A stretch of 64,000 bases of DNA from Alphaproteobacteria bacterium (GTDB lineage Bacteria; Pseudomonadota; Alphaproteobacteria; Rs-D84): contig JAFWJF010000007.1 of assembly GCA_017511715.1 (NCBI GenBank), forward strand, positions 6,421 through 70,420, given 5' to 3'. Under the pieces are notes generated by a model. The model saw only the letters and a list, made by a program, of their open reading frames with translations, did not search any database and was not told where the DNA came from. Position numbers and translations under genes: made by a program. Positions 49,035 to 59,200 of the stretch are shown in pieces (positions within the stretch are counted from its first letter, which is position 1; the number at the start of each line of letters is the position of its first letter).

Positions 49035-50726
49035 TTAGAACAATTTGAATTTATAATTTGTCCCGGCGCGGAATGCCACCTGGGTTTTATCACCAGATGC
49101 GATGCCGGCACCTGCATTGACAGACCATCTGTCAGACAAGCCCATAGCCGCACCGAACGCCATTGCTGATTGGCTGTTATAATAACCATAACCACCACCA
49201 ACAGAAACTTCGCCTTTCTTTACATTAGACACTGCAACAGAAGACAATGCGGTCGCTGCCGCAACACCACCAGACAAATTCTTTTCCAGTGTATTGACTT
49301 TCGCATCTGTATAAGAATTGGCTTTCTTTAATGTTAACGCATCTGCATCAGCGATGCTTGCATTTATTTGTTGTTGCAATTGTTGGTCGGCATTTGCGCG
49401 TGCGCTTGCTTCATCAGTAATTGCCTGTTCTAATTCTGTGTCTTTTGCTTCGCGTGCGCTTGCTTCATCAGTAATTGCCTGTTGCAATTCTGTGTCTTTT
49501 GCTTCACGTGCGCTTGCTTCATCAGTAATTGCCTGTTGCAATTCTGTGTCTTTTGCTTCGCGTGCGCTTGCTTCATCATTAAGCGCAGAACTATCTGCCT
49601 TTAATGCCAATGCCGCATCAACATCTGCAACATTTGCTTTGCCACTAATATCTTGGTGTTCTGTCAAGAATTTAGCATCAGCATCTGCTTTGCTATAGAC
49701 ATCGTCGACATTTGCTTTATCATCCAACGCTGTCTTGATAGTTCCAGAAGCGACAGAAGCTTCAATGGCGTCATTTGCATGCGTATCAATTGTTTCTTCG
49801 ATTGGTGCATTAAATATATCTTTTGCTGCATTCAACGCATCATCGTTTTCGCTGTATGCTTCTTTCGCCGCCTGTTGATTTGCCTGTGCTGTTTCCAACA
49901 AACCAGCAGCTGTTTCATAAGAATTCCAATAACCGTTCAATTCTTCGACTTTGTTGCTGTCGGTTGTAAAGGCCGCATCTGCAGTTGCAAAATTTGCCTG
50001 TTCTGTTGTCCACTGGTCAGCAGTAGTTGTTTTTGCGCTATCAACACTTGCAACATCGTTCGCGTATGCTGTTTTCATCGCATCAAACGCATCTGCCAAT
50101 GCCGAACCAGGTTCTGGTTCACCTGCTGGTGTGTTATTGCTGTGATACAACGCTGTTCCATCAGCAGACAAATGGTATGTATCATCACCATCCATTGTAA
50201 CACTGTACAATGTGCCATCAAAAGAATCAGCCGTTCCGTTTGTCACAACTATTTCTGCGCCGTTGGTATAATCAGAATTTAATGTGACGGTTTGTGTCAT
50301 ATCTTGTGCAGAAGTGCCCAATTCGACATCATCGCCTGCGCCGTTGGTATAAGTATAATTGCCACGTTCAACTGTTGCCCCGGAAACGATTTCTTGTGTT
50401 GTCGAAACCACACCAGATGCGGCTGTATCGCCAGTAAAATCACCTTGTTCTTTTGTGCCAGACGACAAATCTGCAGGATTTCCATCTTTATCTGTGTATG
50501 TAAAATCTTCCAATGTTGGGTCTGTTGTTTGATTCGCTACATCGCGTGTTGTGCCGTCTGATTTTTCATACGAATAAGTTTGTGCCGCGACAGCATCATT
50601 GACATTTACTGTATCGCCGTTTGAATTGGTATAATCACCAGCAAACGTAACATCTGTTGCTGCATTTGCTCCGGCGACAGTCGCCATAATAGCCACAACA
50701 GAAGTCAAAATTAAATTTTTCTTCAT
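49035..50726 (-). CDS. Trimeric autotransporter adhesin (YadA-like anchor) with tandem 20-aa stalk repeats
   Basis: Signal peptide MKKNLILTSVVAIMATVAGANA; 3.5 tandem repeats (TDEASAREAKDTELQQAI); C-terminal YadA-like membrane anchor ending FKLF. Confidence 0.7.
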   Translation of the reverse strand: MKKNLILTSVVAIMATVAGANAATDVTFAGDYTNSNGDTVNVNDAVAAQTYSYEKSDGTTRDVANQTTDPTLEDFTYTDKDGNPADLSSGTKEQGDFTGDTAASGVVSTTQEIVSGATVERGNYTYTNGAGDDVELGTSAQDMTQTVTLNSDYTNGAEIVVTNGTADSFDGTLYSVTMDGDDTYHLSADGTALYHSNNTPAGEPEPGSALADAFDAMKTAYANDVASVDSAKTTTADQWTTEQANFATADAAFTTDSNKVEELNGYWNSYETAAGLLETAQANQQAAKEAYSENDDALNAAKDIFNAPIEETIDTHANDAIEASVASGTIKTALDDKANVDDVYSKADADAKFLTEHQDISGKANVADVDAALALKADSSALNDEASAREAKDTELQQAITDEASAREAKDTELQQAITDEASAREAKDTELEQAITDEASARANADQQLQQQINASIADADALTLKKANSYTDAKVNTLEKNLSGGVAAATALSSVAVSNVKKGEVSVGGGYGYYNSQSAMAFGAAMGLSDRWSVNAGAGIASGDKTQVAFRAGTNYKFKLF

Positions 50727-50784
50727 TTTGTTTCCTTTTTTTATTTTTAATATTAAAAACCGAGATTGTATAACCTCGAAATAA

Positions 50785-50812
50785 ATGGTACAAAAACCAA
50801 GGTTTTTTAACC
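50785..50812. promoter_or_regulatory. hix-like recombination site (left): ggtacAAAAACC-AA-GGTTTTTTaacc
   Basis: Core AAAACCAAGGTTTTT identical to Salmonella hixL core (TTCTTGAAAACCAAGGTTTTTGATAA); coordinates approximate (+/-3). Confidence 0.6.
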
Positions 50813-50892
50813 GCCACTTCAACGACATCTAACAAAACGCGCTTTTTCACTGTTTTCTGGGAAAAAATTACTAAATAAAAATTTATAAAAAC

Positions 50893-50920
50893 TGGTTGAC
50901 TTTTAACCTTGGTTTTTTTT
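50893..50920. promoter_or_regulatory. hix-like recombination site (right, inverted): tgacTTTTAACC-TT-GGTTTTTTTTag
   Basis: Same half-sites with central TT instead of AA, i.e. inverted orientation. Together with the left site it brackets a ~110 bp segment between adhesin gene and invertase gene. Confidence 0.6.
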
Positions 50921-51011
50921 AGACCTCTTGACATATTGAAAAAAAGAACTAAATATCCTGATGTAAACAGGCTTTTGCCTGTTTTTTTATTTGATAAAAA
51001 AAGGAGAATTT

Positions 51012-51608
51012 ATGATTTACGGATATTGCCGTGTTTCTACTGCACATCAACACGAAGAAAACCAACATTTTGTCATAGAAAACTTCGCAAAAAACAACAA
51101 TATGACTATCGATGTTTGGATAGAAGAAAAAATTTCAAGCAATAAAAAATTACAAGACAGAAAACTGGGGACTCTGTTAAACAAACTTGAATCTGGCGAT
51201 ATTTTAATAACAACAGAAATCTCGCGTCTTGGGCGCAGCCTATTGGAAGTCATGGGAATTTTACAGAATTGTCTTGAAAAAAATTGCCAGATTTGGACAT
51301 TGAAAGAAAATTTTCGCCTGGGGGCAGATATTCAATCAAAAGTTTTAGCTTTTGCATTTGGCCTGTCTGCAGAATTATCAAAATCTTTATTGCAAGAACG
51401 CGTTCGCGAAAGTTTGGCACGACTGAAAGCCAGCGGAAAAAAACTTGGACGCCCAATCGGTGCAAAATCAAAAAAATTGAAGTTAAGTAAAAATAAAAAA
51501 AGAATAACCTTTTTGGTAAACAAAGGTTTAAGCAAAAACGAAATCGCGCGCATCATGCATGTTAACAAAAGTACTCTTTACAATTATTTGCGAAATAATT
51601 ATATGTAA
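51012..51608 (+). CDS. Serine recombinase, Hin/Gin/Pin-type DNA invertase
   Basis: Starts MIYGYCRVSTAHQ (catalytic Ser in YxRVST motif), ~198 aa, C-terminal HTH (LSKNEIARIMHVNKSTLYNYL), RBS aaggag. Confidence 0.85.
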   Translation: MIYGYCRVSTAHQHEENQHFVIENFAKNNNMTIDVWIEEKISSNKKLQDRKLGTLLNKLESGDILITTEISRLGRSLLEVMGILQNCLEKNCQIWTLKENFRLGADIQSKVLAFAFGLSAELSKSLLQERVRESLARLKASGKKLGRPIGAKSKKLKLSKNKKRITFLVNKGLSKNEIARIMHVNKSTLYNYLRNNYM

Positions 51609-51751
51609 TCACAATTATTAAATAATTTGTCGTGGCACGTGCGCGCACCTGTTCCAAGAATTCAAGAAACGCAGCATAACTGTCTATGGTAAAATTGAAA
51701 CAGATGCAGAAGAAAAAAGTTCTGAAAGATTATGTATCGGGTGGACACACA

Positions 51752-51822
51752 GTTTACAAACCAAAGAGATAATTGCATACCCTGCAATTCACGAGCTGAT
51801 TTTCTGTATGATTTGTTGTTGT
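51752..51822. repeat. ~70 bp direct repeat, copy 1
   Basis: ctgcaattcacgagctgattttctgtatgatttgttgttgtttgggaaagaaattaaggtgtttttgg; near-identical copy at ~53636-53706. Confidence 0.7.
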
Positions 51823-51881
51823 TTGGGAAAGAAATTAAGGTGTTTTTGGAAAATTTATAATTATATAAAACACAAACAGAA

Positions 51882-52217
51882 TTATTCGCGTTTAAAATAA
51901 AAACGACATCCGTCTAAAAAAATATAAATAGAATCTTTACTTGATACGTAAAACTTTTCTGTTAAATTGTCTTCAGTTTTTACAAAAAGTTCTTGAGCTT
52001 TCTCATCCAAATCATATTCTCCAACAGTAAAATTGCGAACATCTATTTTAATATAAGTGTTTGCATAAAAATGCCGCGCAGTGCTTTCACAATCTGTGGT
52101 TATATGCCCGACATATTCAAATTTATCAAAAGACCAGTTACCACATAAATCACACGATTGGCTGTATACAGAACTACAGCCAACCAAAAAAGCAAAAAAC
52201 ACGATAATTTTTTTCAT
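51882..52217 (-). CDS. Small lipoprotein (111 aa)
   Basis: Lipobox LVGC; Cys-containing. Confidence 0.45.
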   Translation of the reverse strand: MKKIIVFFAFLVGCSSVYSQSCDLCGNWSFDKFEYVGHITTDCESTARHFYANTYIKIDVRNFTVGEYDLDEKAQELFVKTEDNLTEKFYVSSKDSIYIFLDGCRFYFKRE

Positions 52218-52290
52218 ACATCACAGTATAAATATTATTATTGTAAAAATCAATATACTCAAATTGACTTTCGGTAAAAAATCACTTATC

Positions 52291-52728
52291 ATGTCAAGCA
52301 TGAGAAAAATTCTATTACCATTGTTATTTTGTTTTATATATTTACCTGTTTATTCAATGACCTATAGTAATGGCACAGATTATTTATCTGGAAAATGGTA
52401 CTTAAATAATGCAGATACATTTTTTGGTGGCGAAATGAGTATTTCTAATTGCTCTGATTCTGTTTGTAGGTTTAATATTCAATCATGGTACGACTCACAT
52501 ATATGTGATGTTGATGGAGAATTATCTATACAAAATGGTTTTGCAGAATATAAAACCACTAAATATGTGTATGACAATCAAACAGGTGCAGAAAATTATA
52601 TTCCTGTTGGAATAGCATTCAATGTATTGTCACAGAATAAACTGAATCTGCGTTATATTAACACAGATTCAGACAATGCTTTTTGTGGTATGAACGCAAC
52701 AGTTGAAGGTGTTTGGATAAAACAATAA
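52291..52728 (+). CDS. Small secreted protein (145 aa)
   Basis: Signal peptide MSSMRKILLPLLFCFIYLPVYS; four Cys. Confidence 0.4.
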   Translation: MSSMRKILLPLLFCFIYLPVYSMTYSNGTDYLSGKWYLNNADTFFGGEMSISNCSDSVCRFNIQSWYDSHICDVDGELSIQNGFAEYKTTKYVYDNQTGAENYIPVGIAFNVLSQNKLNLRYINTDSDNAFCGMNATVEGVWIKQ

Positions 52729-52729
52729 T

Positions 52730-53263
52730 TCAGTATGCATTGGTTCTTTTTGTCCATCCGTTTTTCGCGGTTTCCCAGTTTCGCGTATTTCGTAAATAGT
52801 CAATTCTTTCAGACTTGATTGTTGACATAAATTCTTCAATCTTTGTATCTGGAATCGAATTTATAGCTTTGATTGTTTCTTTGCCTATGACGCCATCAAC
52901 TTTTAAATTTGCATCAGAGAAAGAGTTTATTGCTCTCTGAACAACTTTTCCTGCGCCACCCATAACGTTCATATCAAATACCGCATTACGTATTCTATCA
53001 TTTTCTATTTGCGGTATTCTTGTATTATCCCAGTATTCACTCTTATATATCTCTTTTGCGTGGTATTCTTTTAAATCTTTTACATCCTGCGGAAAATTTT
53101 TATCTGGGTATTTCGCAGAATATTTATCCAAAGTACTTTGTTTTATCCCCATGTTGGTTGCTTCATCTTTTTTCTGGTTTTTGCCAGTTGTATATCCGCC
53201 TTCGCGTTCTTTCAAATTATTATATGCTTGATTGAATTTTTTAGTGTCGTCACTCATTTTCAT
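52730..53263 (-). CDS. GH108-type lysozyme-like protein with peptidoglycan-binding C-terminal region
   Basis: N-terminal EREGGYTTGKNQKKDEATNMGI matches the EGGY...D.GG.T..GI signature of glycoside hydrolase family 108. Confidence 0.6.
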   Translation of the reverse strand: MKMSDDTKKFNQAYNNLKEREGGYTTGKNQKKDEATNMGIKQSTLDKYSAKYPDKNFPQDVKDLKEYHAKEIYKSEYWDNTRIPQIENDRIRNAVFDMNVMGGAGKVVQRAINSFSDANLKVDGVIGKETIKAINSIPDTKIEEFMSTIKSERIDYLRNTRNWETAKNGWTKRTNAY

Positions 53264-53277
53264 ATCTTTTACCTCAT

Positions 53278-53502
53278 TTATATCTGTTTTATTTTCTGGC
53301 TTTTGACCTTTGTACGGTTTGCTTGAAATTGTTCATAGGTCATATCGTATTCTGGTTCGATATATTGACCAGTTGCGTCTTTTTGTAATTGTTCTGGGAA
53401 CAAAGTTCCCAGATATTCATTTGCTTTTGCAAATTCGGTGCTATTTTTATCCCAATAATTATTAGATTGTAATAAATTGCGTAAAAATTTTGGTGTTTGC
53501 AT
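53278..53502 (-). CDS. Small hypothetical protein upstream of GH108 gene (74 aa from internal Met)
   Basis: Table ORF 53278..53589; Met at 53502 preferred because the upstream part is hydrophobic low-complexity. Confidence 0.3.
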   Translation of the reverse strand: MQTPKFLRNLLQSNNYWDKNSTEFAKANEYLGTLFPEQLQKDATGQYIEPEYDMTYEQFQANRTKVKSQKIKQI

Positions 53503-53635
53503 TATAACTTCTTTGTTAAATAAAAAAAAGCCCACACGTGATGGGATAAAATAAGAAAAGACAGCGAATGCTGTCTTATTAAGTTGCAATTATTATATCA
53601 TAAATCGCATAAAAAAGCAATACCCAAAAATCCTG

Positions 53636-53706
53636 TGCAATTCACGAGTTGATTTTCTGTATGATTTGTTGTTGTTTGGGAAAGATGTTAAGGCGTTTTT
53701 GAATAA
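53636..53706. repeat. ~70 bp direct repeat, copy 2
   Basis: Matches 51752-51822 with a few substitutions. Confidence 0.7.
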
Positions 53707-53828
53707 AGCATTTTGAAATATCTTGATTTTACAAATATTTGTAATACAATCTAAGTGTGTAATCTGAACGAAAGGATAAAACCAATGCGTATGTAATATT
53801 GTAATTTTTATAAATCACACATAGAAAT

Positions 53829-55247
53829 ATGTGTCTGTTTAATTGCAATAGCAGAGGTTTTATTGTGGCTTTAATTTCTTTATCAAATGTATCTTTTGGT
53901 TATAACGACAACGATTTGTTGACGGGTGTTTCGATTGCTTTTAATGACAATGAACATGTTGCAATTATTGGCGATAACGGTTCTGGGAAAACAACACTAT
54001 TAAAGTTGTTGGCTGGTGATTTATTGCCTGATTCTGGCAATATTAACAAGAATGCAAACGTGTATATCTTAAATCAAATTAATGTATCTGATTCCAAAAG
54101 TGGTGGCGAACAACAAATGTTTGCTTTAATGAGGGCTTTTGAATCTGGTGCTGATATTTTATTGCTGGACGAACCGACAAATAACCTTGATACAGATGCT
54201 AAGCAAGTATTCTTTAATCAGTTGAACAACTATCCAAATGGCGTTGTTATTGTTTCACACGATAGGGAACTTTTACAACAAATGGATAAAATTATTGAAT
54301 TACAAACTGGTAAATTGGTGGTATATGGTGGAAATTATGATTTTTATCTGGAACAAAAACAGATTGAATCAGACAGTATTTATTCAAAATATATTGATAC
54401 ACAAAAATCTATTGCCAGGTTGAATAATACAATAAATATTGCACAAAACACTCGACAACATCATGAAGCAAAACAAGCAAAAGATATTGCTAATTCCAGA
54501 CGTAGCAGATTAGAAGCAAACGCACTGAAAGGCAAAAGTCAACAGACAGAAGCAAAAAAACGGGCAGTTATCCAAAAGAAACTAATTCAACAAATGGATT
54601 TGCAACAATCTTTGTCTGAACAAATGCGAAACGAAACAATAAAAATTCCTATGCCAAACAAACCTTTTTATAGCAAGGAATTGGTGCAAATATCAAATTT
54701 GTGTTTTGCTTATGGTTCTAAACAGATTTTTGATAATTTTGACTTTACTATGTATGGTGGACAACGTGTTCGTATTGTTGGAAAAAACGGTTCTGGTAAA
54801 TCAACATTGTTAAAAATTATATGTGGCGAATTAAAACCACAATCTGGAACTGTTAAAACATTTGGCAAAATCACATATTTGAACCAAGATTTATCTGTGT
54901 TAGATAAAAGTAAAAGCATAGTTGAAAACATAATGGAGATATCTGGTTGCCTGAAACACGATGCACATGCGATTGCTGCTAATTTTGGTTTTCGTGGTGA
55001 TACGTCGTTAAAAAAGGTTGGTGTATTATCTGGCGGAGAATTGTTAAAAGCAACATTGGCAGCCGTTCTGGGCAGTTCTGAACAACCGGATTTATTGATA
55101 TTAGACGAACCAACAAACAATCTGGAAATCAAAAGCATATCAATATTGGAATATGCTTTGAATCAATATCGTGGCGCAATATTATTGGTGTCGCACGATG
55201 AAATGTTTGTGAAAAATATAAAAACCGATAAAGCAATACAGTTTTGA
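53829..55247 (+). CDS. ABC-F family ATPase (two tandem NBDs, no TMD) with abnormally short first NBD
   Basis: Walker A GDNGSGKTT and GKNGSGKST, signatures SGGE/LSGGE, Walker B LLLDEPTNNLD x2; only ~35 aa between first Walker A and signature. Confidence 0.65.
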   Translation: MCLFNCNSRGFIVALISLSNVSFGYNDNDLLTGVSIAFNDNEHVAIIGDNGSGKTTLLKLLAGDLLPDSGNINKNANVYILNQINVSDSKSGGEQQMFALMRAFESGADILLLDEPTNNLDTDAKQVFFNQLNNYPNGVVIVSHDRELLQQMDKIIELQTGKLVVYGGNYDFYLEQKQIESDSIYSKYIDTQKSIARLNNTINIAQNTRQHHEAKQAKDIANSRRSRLEANALKGKSQQTEAKKRAVIQKKLIQQMDLQQSLSEQMRNETIKIPMPNKPFYSKELVQISNLCFAYGSKQIFDNFDFTMYGGQRVRIVGKNGSGKSTLLKIICGELKPQSGTVKTFGKITYLNQDLSVLDKSKSIVENIMEISGCLKHDAHAIAANFGFRGDTSLKKVGVLSGGELLKATLAAVLGSSEQPDLLILDEPTNNLEIKSISILEYALNQYRGAILLVSHDEMFVKNIKTDKAIQF

Positions 55248-55364
55248 TTAAAAAGTTCGTAAATGTGTAAAACTGTGGATGTTTTCAACACCTAACTTAC
55301 GAACTCACACCAATAACGAAAATCAAAAAAATCTCCGTCTGTCGATTTTTTAAGATTTTCTTAA

Positions 55365-55384
55365 TTGCCCCACTCGGATTTTTT
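55365..55384 (-). repeat. Partial copy of tRNA-Glu 3' end (gccccactcggattt)
   Basis: Matches the 3' end of downstream tRNA-Glu and abuts the MITE-like element; inverted T-arm fragment (atcccggttcaaatccggg) at ~55503-55523. Confidence 0.6.
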
Positions 55385-55387
55385 ACT

Positions 55388-55478
55388 CGCCTCCTCGATA
55401 CGCAATAACAAAAATCTATAAAAACTCGTCATAACAGACCCCGTTTTTATGATTTTTCTAATTGTGTATTCTCGTATT
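55388..55478. mobile_element. Small IR-bounded MITE-like element (copy B), adjacent to tRNA-Glu 3' fragment
   Basis: cctcgatacgcaataacaaaaat ... atttttctaattgtgtattctcgtatt; same ends as copy A at 5308-5397. Confidence 0.45.
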
Positions 55479-55565
55479 GGTCGTGCGCTTCGCTCCGACC
55501 TATCCCGGTTCAAATCCGGGGGTTGAACAAAAATTAAAACCACCCGTTTGGGTGGTTTGAATTTT

Positions 55566-55640
55566 TGGCAGCCCCACTCGGATTTGAACCGGGATTCTCG
55601 CCTTGAAAGGGCGGTGTCCTAACCATTAGACGATGGGGCC
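55566..55640 (-). tRNA. tRNA-Glu (anticodon TTC)
   Basis: GGCCCCATCGTCTAATGGTTAGGAC... with anticodon loop CTTTCAA; resembles canonical bacterial tRNA-Glu; CCA encoded. Confidence 0.85.
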
Positions 55641-55682
55641 AAGGACTCTTATAAACCGCCGTTTTATCGGCGGTAAAATCTC

Positions 55683-55760
55683 TGGCGGGATGTAAGGGGC
55701 TCGAACCCTCGACCTTCTGCGTGACAGGCAGACGCTCTAAACCAGCTGAGCTAACACCCC
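55683..55760 (-). tRNA. tRNA-Asp (anticodon GTC)
   Basis: Acceptor GGGGTGT/ACATCCC, anticodon loop CTGTCAC, T-loop TTCGAGC, CCA encoded. Confidence 0.85.
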
Positions 55761-55980
55761 AGAGCAACGCTTATATTATAACACCCGTGCACAAAAAGCA
55801 AGCATTTTTTTCACAAATTGACAACAAGTAAAAAATATCTTACAATATGATCATGAAAAAGATAATATTTTTGATTTGCATGGTTTTGTTGTGCGCTGTT
55901 GTTCTGGGTGGATGTGGGGTGAAATCAGAATTAGCGCATGATACTGATTATCCACGCAATTATCCGGTATATTAAAATCT

Positions 55981-56065
<85 letters not shown>

Positions 56066-56162
56066 AGAATGAATATTTCCTGTGTGAAGCGCGTATCCTT
56101 GCTTTTTCATCTAAGACTCGTTGCTAATAACGCAACTCGTCAAGATTCCAATACGCGCGGAT

Positions 56163-56207
56163 TCTCTTTACCCGCACCAAGAATGAATTTTTCCTGTGTG
56201 AAGCGCG
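56163..56207 (+). repeat. Direct repeat of tRNA-Leu 3' end plus 28 nt downstream
   Basis: tctctttacccgcaccaagaatgaatttttcctgtgtgaagcgcg repeats 56049-56093; ~70 bp between copies. Confidence 0.7.
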
Positions 56208-56213
56208 ATTTTA

Positions 56214-59200
56214 TTATTTCTTAAATTTCCAACCCTGGAAAGATGCACCAGTCTTGCTGACCAGGTTTGATTCTTGTGGGGTGTGAATATCGCCATCATA
56301 ATAGACCTGACGAACATTAGTCGCCAAGGCTTCCTGGGATGTCACACCATCCCATGTAATGTTAATTTGGTTAGGGCTTTCGCACGCATAATAAGTTCCA
56401 GTTGGATTTGTAAAACTGGTTGTTGTTGCGGTACAGTCTGCTGAAGTTCCCCAACCACCGCTGAATGTATAGCCTGTTTTTGTTAAACCGCTGACGCCAC
56501 CAAAATCACAAGAAACAGATTGAGAACATATTATACTTGCATTGCCGGTACCAGAAGTGCCCTGTATTGTACCACTTCCCCCGTTTTTGTTAAGAGTAAT
56601 TGTGGTTTTACAACTGCTTTGACCTGCGTGGTCTGCGGCTGTTGTTCCACTGTTTGTGTATCCGTTGGTTGTATTACATGTGCTTAATATAGATGTTTGA
56701 CCATAGTTTATATTATGTCGTGTCGTATATTTATTATCGGTTGTAATTGCAGTGCATTGGTCGTTGGTTCTGTGTACGGCAGTCCCCGCATCGCAGGCGG
56801 TCTGACAGTTGCTCTGTGCGGTTGTTCCGTTTGCCGCATCATAATCTCTTGGACAATCGTTAATTGTACTTGTTGAACCATAACTCACAGAATGTAGTGT
56901 CGTATATTTACCCTTGTATGTAGAGTTCTGTATTGTTTCACATGCCCGCGCATTCGCTGTTAATACCGCATAACCAGCACTGCACGTTATCTTACAATCT
57001 GATATATCATCATGATCTGTTGCTTCATCTACATCTATATCTATTTTGCCTATTGGTTTTACAGTGCCTTCGCCTATTGTAGAAGTGCTACCAATAGTAT
57101 ACCCCCTTGGGCACGCAGTACAACTGGTCGCGCCAGTGGTGGACGAATATGTCGAACCGTCGCACACTGTGCAAGATGCGGCACCCCCGGTGCTATAAGT
57201 TCCTGCTGCACATGCGGTTTGTGTCAAAGAATCTTCGGCACTGTAATAACCCGCATCTGTATTTGTACAAACCTTGCCGTTCATAAAATCGATACCGTAT
57301 CCACGAGCATAGGTAGGATTACTTGTCCAATTCCACTCGTCTGTGCTTGTGATAGTATCATATTTACCTGCCGCGCAAGCAGTCGGATGCCGAACTTCAC
57401 AAATACTATTTGCACCACCGTAGGCACCATCTGTAGTGTTATAATAGCAATACACTCTAAATGTTGCATCATTATCTGTATCAGAGAAATTCGCGGCACA
57501 CCCTGTAATTTTATTATGTATATCGTTGCTCCACCAACCACTGTAAGAGGTGACACGACTCGCTATATCGCCCGTTACCGCAGGACACACCGAACAACTT
57601 GCCGCACCGGCTGTTGAATAAGTTTTACGTCCAGTTGTGGAATCGCTGGTACATTGACCGCATGTATTACCGCTTAAGCAATCGCTACTGCTGGTTGGGG
57701 CTGCGACCTTTGCACCACCAGAAGCAAAATACCCAGCCGTAACATCGCCAGTTATACCTAAGTCCGTACCGTTATAAGTATATGTACCACCCGCGCAATA
57801 TTTACCAGCAGGACATGCCGTGCATTGTGCATTGCTTGCATTTAGATATTCACCTGCGACACATGTTGCAACAACTGTCGCACACCATGGTTTGCCTGCA
57901 TCAGATGCCCATGATGGGGTGACAGTATATGTTCCCGCAGGGCAAGATGAAGCCAAAGATGTATTTGCGAACATATCACTTACTACGCCTTCTCCGCCTG
58001 TGACAGTGGTAAGGAATGTTCCCGGAACATAAGTCGTACTTGTTTGACCATCGGTTATACTAGCCAGGTTTGTACATCCATAAAATGTTTCCAGAAAAAC
58101 ATAATCTCCAGAACCTGACATTCCAGAAAAAGAGTCCGCTGGTATCGATGTTAAGCTTGTACAACCATAAAATGTATCAATAAATGCCCCTTCTCCGGCG
58201 CTGGATATTCTATTAAACAATCCTGCGGGTATTGTCGTTAATCCCGATCCTCCAAATGTGTTGTCAAACATATAACTTGCCGCTGTGGTATAATTTGCGA
58301 ACAGTGTGTCCGGTACACTGGTCAGGTTTGTTGCATAGCCAAATGCGCTGGCAAACCTTGGTTGGGCACCATCTTGTGCATTGCCCGAAACATACGGGAA
58401 TATGGCGGACAAATTACCAGAAACTGACGCAATCTTTGCAGCATTTGGTGTTGAAAATTTGTAAAAATTTATTGCCGATTCCGAAGATGCAGAGTATCCA
58501 GTTGCTTCTCCGCCAAACAAGATTGTTTGAAACGCACTGCTGTTCCAAGTACAAGTATATGTCACCTCGGTCGTATTGGAACGGGTGATTGTAGTTCCGG
58601 AAACGCCGGTCCCGCTTAATGTTCCGCCATTTCCACAATCTACATAGAATGTTCCGATGGCAGTCATGCTGAACTGATAACTGTTTGTTGATGTTGTTGT
58701 TAGTGTGAATTTGGGCAATTCCCAGTTCGCAGTGTAAGATTTTGCACCGGTGGCACTTGCACCAATCGTCACGGTTGGTTGTGGCGTTGAACCATTAGAA
58801 CCAGTCCATCCTTTGAATATATATCCTGATTTTGTTGGTGTGCCACTAATGGTTGTACCCACCCCATAAACATATGTTGTTGGTGCGCCGGAATAGTTTG
58901 TCCCACCATTCAAATTATATGTAATCGTATTTCCCGGTGAACACCATGGTTTGCTTGCGTCTGTTGCCCACGATGGCGTTGTGGTAACCGTTCCAGATGG
59001 ACAAGTGCCAGCTAATTCCGCCATACTAAACATATATCTTGCCACATTTGTTCCGCCGGTGACACCGCTAAGGAATGATCCCGGAATATAAGTTGTACTG
59101 GTTCCGCCATCAGTTATGCTGGTCAAGTTGCTACCATAAAACGCAGATTCAAACATAGAATTTGCCGCACCAGATATCCCGGTAAACATGTTTAATGGTA

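Noticed and set aside
49380-49600. 60-nt tandem repeats considered as a repeat array or CRISPR
   Set aside because: They lie inside the adhesin coding frame and encode the repeated stalk peptide TDEASAREAKDTELQQAI. The plus-strand ORFs at 49318-50561 are antisense artefacts of this repeat.
50813-50892. Attempt to locate a complete promoter inside the putative invertible segment
   Set aside because: Only weak -35/-10 candidates in either orientation. The clear adhesin promoter (TTGTAC-17-TACAAT) lies just outside the left site. The switch mechanism (promoter versus UP-element or activator site) therefore stays unresolved and I do not assert it.
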